Source of the DNA: an uncultured Woeseiaceae bacterium
GTDB lineage: Bacteria; Pseudomonadota; Gammaproteobacteria; Steroidobacterales; Woeseiaceae
Assembly: GCA_964439125.1 (NCBI GenBank)
Contig: CAYTNO010000001.1
Location: 1-34,529 of the forward strand
Length of the DNA: 34,529 bases
Direction of reading: 5' to 3'
A program made the position numbers and the translations under genes. Shown one piece after another: positions 27,790 through 34,529 of the stretch. The notes below the pieces were generated by a model. That model was not told where the DNA came from. It ran no database searches and saw only the letters and a program-made list of their open reading frames with translations. Every line of letters starts with the position of its first letter. Positions within the stretch are counted from its first letter, which is position 1.

Positions 27790-28161
27790 ATGTCCGGGAT
27801 CGGCTTTTCGGAACTCCTTATTCTATTTATGATCGGGCTCATCGTACTTGGGCCCGAGAGATTGCCACGCGTTGCGAACCAGCTCGGCACCTGGCTCGGA
27901 CAAGCCAGGCGCATGACGCGTGTTATGAAGCGGCAACTGGAGGAAGAGCTGGATCTCGACGGCAACCCGTTGAGCATAGAGCCGCGCGCCTCTCAACCAA
28001 CACCAAATGACGACGACACCTATTCGCCTATGCACGACCCATCGAAGATGGCGAAGACCGAGCTTGATGCCGAGCCAGAGGTCGAACCAGAGGTCGAACC
28101 AGAGGTCGATGCAACGCCCGACCCGGAGCCGGTCGACGACGAAGAAAAGAAAGACGCGTGA
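27790..28161 (+). CDS. tatB: Twin-arginine translocase subunit TatB
   Basis: 123 aa. MSGIGFSELLILFMIGLIVLGPERLPRVANQLG, followed by an acidic C-terminal tail. Confidence 0.88.
   Translation: MSGIGFSELLILFMIGLIVLGPERLPRVANQLGTWLGQARRMTRVMKRQLEEELDLDGNPLSIEPRASQPTPNDDDTYSPMHDPSKMAKTELDAEPEVEPEVEPEVDATPDPEPVDDEEKKDA
28072..28107 (+). repeat. Tandem 12-nt repeat (gaRccagaggtc x3) encoding (EPEV)3 inside tatB
   Basis: gagccagaggtc gaaccagaggtc gaaccagaggtc, read directly. In frame, within the disordered TatB tail. Confidence 0.85.
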
Positions 28162-28928
28162 GTAAAGAGCCCGACAAAGGCGAAGACCTTGCAGAAGGGA
28201 CCTTGCTGTCGCACCTCATCGAGTTGCGTGGTCGACTTTTAAAAGTTGCGGCCGCTGTGGTTTTTGTTTTTATCGCGCTGCTGCCTTTTGCGAGGCGAAT
28301 TTTCTCGCTGGTCTCCGCGCCGCTTCGCGAACTTTTGCCCGGCCAACAGATGATCGCGACCGAGGTTGCATCACCCTTGCTAACGCCCTTCAAGCTCACA
28401 TTTTTTGTGGCGCTTTTTATCGCCATGCCAGTGGTCTTGTACCAGGTCTGGGCATTCATAGCGCCGGGGCTGTACAGAAAAGAAAAGCACTTCGCCTTTC
28501 CGCTTCTGGCGACCAGCATTTTACTTTTTTATCTCGGTATTGCTTTCGCCTACTACGTTGTCTTTCCGCTAATGTTCGGTTTCTTTACCTCGGTAGCGCC
28601 GGAAGGTGTGGAGGTCATGACCGACATCTCCCACTTCCTGAGCTTTATCACGATGATCGTGCTCGCATTCGGCATTGCGTTCGAAGTGCCTGTGGCAACC
28701 GTGCTGCTCGTTTGGACCGGCCTCACCAACGTCGACAAGCTCAGCAAGGCACGACCCTATGTGTTCCTGGGCGCATTCGTCGTCGGTATGTTTCTGACAC
28801 CTCCCGACATCATCAGCCAGACCTTGCTCGCTGTTCCTGTCTACCTGCTTTACGAATGCGGCATTATTATGTCGCGCGTATTTACAAAAAAGCCCGAAGA
28901 GGCCGAGGAAAGCGCGCCCGTCAAGTAG
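28158..28928 (+). CDS. tatC: Twin-arginine translocase subunit TatC
   Basis: 256 aa. The GTG start overlaps the tatB stop (GTGA). Contains LLSHLIELRGRLLK, six TM segments and FLTPPDIISQ. Confidence 0.93.
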   Translation: MSKEPDKGEDLAEGTLLSHLIELRGRLLKVAAAVVFVFIALLPFARRIFSLVSAPLRELLPGQQMIATEVASPLLTPFKLTFFVALFIAMPVVLYQVWAFIAPGLYRKEKHFAFPLLATSILLFYLGIAFAYYVVFPLMFGFFTSVAPEGVEVMTDISHFLSFITMIVLAFGIAFEVPVATVLLVWTGLTNVDKLSKARPYVFLGAFVVGMFLTPPDIISQTLLAVPVYLLYECGIIMSRVFTKKPEEAEESAPVK

Positions 28929-29009
28929 CACGTTACGCCTTAAATAGTGTTTAATGCCTAACCCAAGCTGCGAGCTTTCCGCAGTGCCGGTTAATGTTCG
29001 GGGGAATTT

Positions 29010-30821
29010 ATGACTGACTTGGTTGCCGCCGCGGTGGACGGGCAAAGCAATGACGACCTTTGGGGCCACCCGAAAGGCCTTTACGTTTGCTTCACCACCG
29101 AGCTTTGGGAGCGCTTTTCATTCTACGGAATGAAATACCTGCTGCTTCTGTATCTCACCAAGTATCACCTGTTTTCCGATGGCGACGGCCTGGACGTGCT
29201 TGGTTCGTATGCCGGTCTCGTCTATGCGCTGCCGGTAATCGGCGGCCTGATAGCGGATCGCTATCTCGGCATGCGTAAGTCCGTCCTGTTTGGCGGTATC
29301 CTGCTCTCACTTGGTCATTTGTTGATGGCAGTAGAGGGCTTTAAAGCCATCAATTACGCCGCCGGAACTGTGCTCACAGAAAGCCTGACGCTCGCCAGCG
29401 GCGAGATACTGGTCGCCGGCACGATGTTGTCCGAAGCGCTGACCTTCCGAGACACAGCCGCCCTCAACGTTTTCTATTTTGCGCTGGCGCTTATCGTCAT
29501 GGGTGTCGGCTACCTGAAGCCGAACATTTCAACGATCGTTGGCAAGCTGTACGGCAAAGATGACCCGCGTCGTGATTCGGGCTTCACGATCTTCTACATG
29601 GGCATCAATATAGGCTCGTTCGCCGCCACGCTGCTTTGCGGTTGGCTTGGTGAGACATTTGGCTGGAAGTATGGCTTCGGTGCGGCTGGTGTCGGCATGA
29701 TCATCGGTCTGATTTCATTTTCCTATGGGCAGAGATTTCTCCACGGCCACGCCGAGCCGTCGGATCCCGAGCAACTGAAGCAAAAGGTCTTCGGACCGAT
29801 AAACCGAGAGTGGTCGATCTATCTCATGAGCCTGCCGGTCCTGGGCGTGTTCTGGCTGCTGGTGCAGCACGAACCTATTGTTCTCCTGACGCAAAACGTG
29901 TTCCTGATCTCGGCCGTAGTTGGCATCATTTTGTATTCGATGATTCATAAAAAGGCCGCGGGCAGCAACACCTTCGCCTATATTTTTGCGGCCGCTGCGA
30001 TAATTCTCGGTTCTTATTCTGCCGCCGCTAACCTCGGCTTCCTGCCGGGCAACGAAATGGTGGTCGAATACACGGTTTACGCGGCGATTGCGCTGATCGT
30101 GGCCTTTGTGGTGTACGGCTTCAAGACGCACAACTCCGATGAGCTTGGCCGCACGGTCGTACTCATGTTCCTGATCCTGACGACCGTGGTTTTCTGGGCG
30201 CTGTTCGAGCAGTCCGCCGGCTCGATGACCTTGTTCGCAGATCGCGTTGTCGATCGGGAAATCGGCGGTGTAACTGTTACGGCCGCGCAATTCGGCTCAC
30301 TGAACGCGGGCTTCATATTCCTGCTTGCCCTGCCGTTCGCGTGGCTCTGGGTATGGCTCGCAAAACGCAACCTCGAGCCACCGACACCGGTCAAGTTTGG
30401 TCTTGGCATTATCCAGGCAGGCCTTGGTTTCGGCGCCCTCGTTTTCGGCGCACAGTTCCCGGACGCTGCGGGCAAAGTTGGGATGATCTGGCTGGTTCTT
30501 GCTTACCTGCTGCACACAACGGGTGAGCTGTGCTTGTCACCGGTCGGCTTGTCCGCCGTAACCAAGCTATCGATTGGCAGGGTCGTCGGCGTCAGTATGG
30601 GGACGTGGTTCCTGGCGACGGCGCTTTCAGAAACTGTCGCCACTCGGCTCGGCAAGATGGCAGCAGTCAACACCCACGGTGGTGAAGTCGTAGACTCAGC
30701 CGGCGCTTTGGCGACCTACACACAGCTGTTCGAGTTCCTGATGTATGTCGGTCTCGGAGTGGGCGTGCTCGTTCTGCTCGTTTCTCCGCTGTTGAAGCGC
30801 GGCATGCACGGCGTGCATTGA
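29010..30821 (+). CDS. Proton-dependent oligopeptide transporter (POT/PTR2 family)
   Basis: 603 aa. The PTR2 signatures ELWERFSFYGMKYLLLLYL and FYMGINIGSF are present. Polytopic. Confidence 0.9.
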   Translation: MTDLVAAAVDGQSNDDLWGHPKGLYVCFTTELWERFSFYGMKYLLLLYLTKYHLFSDGDGLDVLGSYAGLVYALPVIGGLIADRYLGMRKSVLFGGILLSLGHLLMAVEGFKAINYAAGTVLTESLTLASGEILVAGTMLSEALTFRDTAALNVFYFALALIVMGVGYLKPNISTIVGKLYGKDDPRRDSGFTIFYMGINIGSFAATLLCGWLGETFGWKYGFGAAGVGMIIGLISFSYGQRFLHGHAEPSDPEQLKQKVFGPINREWSIYLMSLPVLGVFWLLVQHEPIVLLTQNVFLISAVVGIILYSMIHKKAAGSNTFAYIFAAAAIILGSYSAAANLGFLPGNEMVVEYTVYAAIALIVAFVVYGFKTHNSDELGRTVVLMFLILTTVVFWALFEQSAGSMTLFADRVVDREIGGVTVTAAQFGSLNAGFIFLLALPFAWLWVWLAKRNLEPPTPVKFGLGIIQAGLGFGALVFGAQFPDAAGKVGMIWLVLAYLLHTTGELCLSPVGLSAVTKLSIGRVVGVSMGTWFLATALSETVATRLGKMAAVNTHGGEVVDSAGALATYTQLFEFLMYVGLGVGVLVLLVSPLLKRGMHGVH

Positions 30822-30919
30822 GCGATTTAACGAAACAGGAAGCATAAAGCTGCGGCTGGTAGCGACGCGGCTGGCCGGATTGCGTAAACTCTGCAAAACA
30901 AAAAAGCGGGGAACTTCCC

Positions 30920-32467
30920 ATGTCAGAAAAACAACTAAAAGCCAGCCTTGGCACGCGCATGCTCGCATCGGTTGAGCGCATCGGCAACAAACTACCTGAC
31001 CCTGCGGTGCTGTTTATCGTACTGCTATTCGCCGTCTGGGTTTTGTCGTGGCTGATGTCCTACGTCTCCATCGCCGCCATCGACCCGCGCACGAGCCAGC
31101 CGATTGTCATTAATAACCTGCTGTCTGGCCGGGCCTTCACCGAATTTCTCTCGGTCATGGTCACTAACTTTTCGCACTTTCATCCGGTTGGCGTCGTGCT
31201 CATCGCGATGCTCGGCATTGGAGTCGCGGAGCACACCGGCTTTATAACAACCGGCATTCGCGCCTTGTTGAATGTAACCGCAAAATGGCTGCTAACGCCG
31301 ATGGTCATTCTCGTCGGCATCGTCAGCCACTCCGCGGTCGATGCTGGTTACGTACTGGTTATTCCGCTGGGCGGTGTTATTTTCTATGCCGCTGGTCGCC
31401 ATCCACTGGCTGGTATTGCCGCCGCATTTGCCGGTGTTTCCGGCGGTTTCTCGGCGAACTTCGTGCCGTCATCGCTTGATCCGCTGTTGCAGGGCCTGAC
31501 TCAGGCAGGCGCGCAGATCCTCGATCCGAGTGTTCTTGTAAACCCGCTGAACAATTACTTCTTCACAACCGCTTCCTCGGTACTGATCGTGGGCCTCGGC
31601 TGGTATCTGACAGACAGAGTCGTTGAGCCGCGCCTGCAGGGCCTGGAAGTTGACGGTGACGCGGAGGACTTACCCGAAGTTCACGACATCAAGGACAACG
31701 AGCGCAAGGGCTTGCGTTGGGCGCTGGTGTCAATGGTTCTTGGTATCGTCCTGTTATTTGCGACGGCCCTGCCCGAAGGTTCGGCCTGGCGCGCCCCGGG
31801 AAGTGACGAGTTGACAAGCGGTGCCGCGCCAATGATGCGCTCCATCGTTTCGCTGATTTTCCTGTTGTTTCTCGTACCAGGCGTCGTGTTTGGTGTTGTT
31901 TCGGGTTCAATGAAAAGCGCAAAGGACATGATTGACGGCATGACCCACGCCATGCACAGCATGGCGTACTACCTCGTCATCATGTTTTTCATTGCCCAGT
32001 TCGTCTATGCCTTCAACGTCTCGAACCTGGGCGTCTTGCTTGCGGTACAAGGTGCTGCCGGCCTGGCGGCACTGGCGCTGCCGGCCGCATTCACGATCGT
32101 CGGCATCGTGTTGCTGACAGCAGTCGTCAACATTTTCGTCGGCTCGGCAAGTGGCAAATGGGGGCTGCTCGCACCCATCTTCGTCCCCATGTTGATGTCG
32201 CTGGGCATATCGCCTGACCTTACGCAGGCCGCGTATCGTGTGGGTGACTCTAGCACCAACATCATTACGCCTTTGATGCCGTACTTCCCGCTGGTCGTGG
32301 TCTATTGTCAGCGCTATGTGAAAAACACCGGCATCGGCACCGTTACCGCGATGATGCTGCCCTACTCGATGTGGTTCTTGCTCACGTGGACGATCTTCCT
32401 GCTGCTGTACTTTATGATCGGCTTGCCGCTTGGCATCCAGGCGAGTTACACCTATCCGGCGAGCTAG
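30920..32467 (+). CDS. abgT: AbgT-family transporter (p-aminobenzoyl-glutamate / antimetabolite efflux family)
   Basis: 515 aa. VERIGNKLPDPAVLF, AAGRHPLAGIAAAFAGVSGGFSANF and APIFVPMLMSLGISP...YRVGDSSTNIITPL are collinear with E. coli AbgT as I recall it. Confidence 0.88.
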   Translation: MSEKQLKASLGTRMLASVERIGNKLPDPAVLFIVLLFAVWVLSWLMSYVSIAAIDPRTSQPIVINNLLSGRAFTEFLSVMVTNFSHFHPVGVVLIAMLGIGVAEHTGFITTGIRALLNVTAKWLLTPMVILVGIVSHSAVDAGYVLVIPLGGVIFYAAGRHPLAGIAAAFAGVSGGFSANFVPSSLDPLLQGLTQAGAQILDPSVLVNPLNNYFFTTASSVLIVGLGWYLTDRVVEPRLQGLEVDGDAEDLPEVHDIKDNERKGLRWALVSMVLGIVLLFATALPEGSAWRAPGSDELTSGAAPMMRSIVSLIFLLFLVPGVVFGVVSGSMKSAKDMIDGMTHAMHSMAYYLVIMFFIAQFVYAFNVSNLGVLLAVQGAAGLAALALPAAFTIVGIVLLTAVVNIFVGSASGKWGLLAPIFVPMLMSLGISPDLTQAAYRVGDSSTNIITPLMPYFPLVVVYCQRYVKNTGIGTVTAMMLPYSMWFLLTWTIFLLLYFMIGLPLGIQASYTYPAS

Positions 32468-32477
32468 AGGCCTTTAG

Positions 32478-34529
32478 ATGAAGGATTTTGAAAAACTCGG
32501 CGCGTTCTACCTCGGTAAACGTTTCGACACGGAGGCAGACCGCCTCACCGAAGAGCTGGTCTTGTACGATGCCAAAGACCTGACAACGCATGCTGTCATC
32601 ATCGGCATGACGGGGTCGGGGAAAACCGGGCTCGGTATTGGTGTTCTTGAAGAAGCCGCGCTTGATCACATTCCGGTTATCGCCATCGACCCCAAAGGGG
32701 ACATGGGCAACATCATGCTCACGTTCCCGCAGCTGCGGGCTGAAGACTTCCGGCCATGGGTTAATGCTCGTAGCGCGACGGACAACGGCCAAACGCCAGA
32801 CGAGTTCGCCGCAGGCCAGGCTGCGTTGTGGAAAAAGGGGCTCGGGCAGTGGGGCCAGACCGGAGCGCGTATCGGTCAGCTACGCAAAAACGTCGACATG
32901 GCAATCTACACGCCCGGCAGCAATGCCGGGCTGCCGATTTCTGTGCTGCAGTCCTTTGCTGCCCCGGATGCGGCGCTCATTGACGACGCTGATCTCTATC
33001 GCGAGCGAGTCCAGGCTACTGCCACCGGCATCCTGACCTTGCTCGGTATCGATGCCGATCCCGTCGCGAGTCGCGAACACATTCTAATTTCACGGCTGCT
33101 GGATCACTCCTGGCGCGAAGGCCGAGGCCTCGATGTTGCGAGCTTGATCGGCGAGATCCAGGATCCACCGATAACGAAAGTCGGTGTCATGACGCTCGAC
33201 TCCTTTTTCCCCGCAAAAGACCGCTTCGCGCTCGCGATGCGCCTGAACAATCTGCTGGCGGCACCGGGCTTTGAGGCCTGGATGCAGGGTGAACCGCTCA
33301 ATGCGAAGAGCCTTCTCTACACGGCCGAGGGCAAGCCGCGAATTTCGGTAATGTCGATCGCGCACCTCGATGAGGCGCAGCGCATGTTCTTCGTTTCGAT
33401 GTTACTCAACGAGCTAATCAGTTGGATGCGTGCACAGCAGGGCACGTCGAGCCTGCGCGCAATTCTCTACATGGACGAGATCTTTGGCTACATGCCGCCG
33501 GTCGCAAACCCGCCGTCCAAGAGACTGTTTTTGACCTTGCTCAAACAGGCTCGCGCTTACGGGCTGGGGCTGGTGCTCGCGACACAAAACCCCGTCGACC
33601 TCGACTACAAGGGGCTTTCCAATACCGGCACCTGGTTTATCGGCCGGCTGCAAACCGAGCGCGACAAAGCGCGGGTCATGGAAGGGCTCGAAGGCGCGAG
33701 CGACGGAAACTTCAACAAACAAAAAATGGAGCGAACGCTCGCCGGCCTCGGCAAACGCCGCTTCCTGTTACACAACGTGCATGAAGACGAGGCCGTCGTC
33801 TTCAACACGCGCTGGGTCCTGTCGTATCTTGCCGGGCCGTTGACGCGCGACAGCATCAAGGCCCTGATGTCGAATATTAAAGCGAAAGGCGCTGCTGCGG
33901 TACGCAAGATAAGCAAGCCCAAGCGCAGTAGCGAGTCCATCGCGCCGGCTTTGCCACCATCTGTTGAACAATATTTCGTGCCGGGCACGGGCGAGGGCGT
34001 TGTTTATCACCCACGGCTCATCGCTGCGGCGGAGATCGCCTACAACAGCGTACGCAATAACATCGAAGACGAGCGCGCCTGTGTTTACACGGTGGAGTTC
34101 GAGGATGGCCCTGTCACTGTCGACTGGGACAATAGTGACGCCGTTGAAATCAACATCGACGACCTCGAGGATCGCGGCGAGGAAGATGCAACGTACGTAG
34201 AGTGTCCCGCTTGCGCTTCTGTTGCGAAGAACTACACGGCGTGGAAGAGGGACTTCAAACGCTGGTTGCGGCAAAACGAGACGATTTCACTGTATCGCAG
34301 CAAGCGCTTCAAGCTGTCTTCGGAATCGGGTGAGGCGGAGGGGGACTTTCGCGCGCGCCTGCAAACCGTCGCCAATGAAAAACGCGATCAGGCCGTCGCC
34401 AAAATTCGCAAGCGCTACGCAAGCAAGGTCACCACGCTGGAGAACCGCCTGTTGCGTGCGCAGCAAGCTATCGGCCGTGAAACGCAACAAGCGACCAAGA
34501 AGAAACTCGACACAGCCGTATCATTTGGC
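32478..34529 (+). CDS. HerA/YjgR-like P-loop NTPase of unknown function, 3'-truncated by the window edge
   Basis: Absent from the ORF track. The ATG at 32478 (GAGG 7 nt upstream, 10 nt after the abgT stop) opens 684 sense codons with no stop up to nt 34529. Translation: MKDFEKLGAFYLGKRF...THAVIIGMTGSGKTGLG (Walker A, 32604-32627), IAIDPKGDM, ILYMDEIFGY (Walker B, about 33465-33479), LVLATQNPVDLDYKGLSNTGTWFIGRLQTERD. This is followed by a non-ATPase region with CPAC and a K/R/Q-rich coiled-coil-like segment. Confidence 0.8.
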   Translation, partial: MKDFEKLGAFYLGKRFDTEADRLTEELVLYDAKDLTTHAVIIGMTGSGKTGLGIGVLEEAALDHIPVIAIDPKGDMGNIMLTFPQLRAEDFRPWVNARSATDNGQTPDEFAAGQAALWKKGLGQWGQTGARIGQLRKNVDMAIYTPGSNAGLPISVLQSFAAPDAALIDDADLYRERVQATATGILTLLGIDADPVASREHILISRLLDHSWREGRGLDVASLIGEIQDPPITKVGVMTLDSFFPAKDRFALAMRLNNLLAAPGFEAWMQGEPLNAKSLLYTAEGKPRISVMSIAHLDEAQRMFFVSMLLNELISWMRAQQGTSSLRAILYMDEIFGYMPPVANPPSKRLFLTLLKQARAYGLGLVLATQNPVDLDYKGLSNTGTWFIGRLQTERDKARVMEGLEGASDGNFNKQKMERTLAGLGKRRFLLHNVHEDEAVVFNTRWVLSYLAGPLTRDSIKALMSNIKAKGAAAVRKISKPKRSSESIAPALPPSVEQYFVPGTGEGVVYHPRLIAAAEIAYNSVRNNIEDERACVYTVEFEDGPVTVDWDNSDAVEINIDDLEDRGEEDATYVECPACASVAKNYTAWKRDFKRWLRQNETISLYRSKRFKLSSESGEAEGDFRARLQTVANEKRDQAVAKIRKRYASKVTTLENRLLRAQQAIGRETQQATKKKLDTAVSFG

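Noticed and set aside
1-34529. Scan for CRISPR arrays, IS elements or transposases, integrases, prophage genes, toxin-antitoxin pairs and large direct repeats flanking an island.
   Set aside because: None were seen. Every long ORF is accounted for by housekeeping, transport or the unknown genes described above. No repeat-spacer periodicity is visible.

Overview
This is a roughly 56% GC chromosomal segment with gammaproteobacterial (Pseudomonas-like) synteny, and almost all of it is housekeeping. All calls come from reading the translations and the DNA by eye. No BLAST, HMM or RNA-folding was run.

Gene order, left to right:
- gmk (5'-partial), rpoZ, spoT, ridA, recG, ubiA.
- comF on the minus strand, divergent from an orphan bioC-like methyltransferase.
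- A complete aa3-type cytochrome c oxidase structural and biogenesis cluster: coxB, ctaD, a 38-codon ORF absent from the track, ctaG, coxC, DUF2909 (minus strand), SURF1, a SCO-like protein, and ctaB.
- A four-gene module of unknown function: an ECF sigma factor, a single-pass membrane protein, an extremely acidic secreted protein, and a TPR plus beta-barrel outer-membrane protein.
- uvrD, trkA, trkH.
- An FcbT-type TRAP transporter, with Q and M on the plus strand and the binding protein convergent on the minus strand.
- A 449-nt GC-rich, structure-prone intergenic region.
- dtd, tatABC, a POT peptide transporter and an AbgT-family transporter.
- A large HerA/YjgR-like P-loop NTPase gene that runs off the 3' edge. 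It is missing from the ORF track because it has no stop codon in the window.

I found no rRNA, tRNA, CRISPR array, transposase or integrase.

The best candidate for an undescribed system is the ECF-sigma module at 14977-18410, near the window centre. Secondary leads are the open-ended ATPase and the structured intergenic region at 26556-27004.
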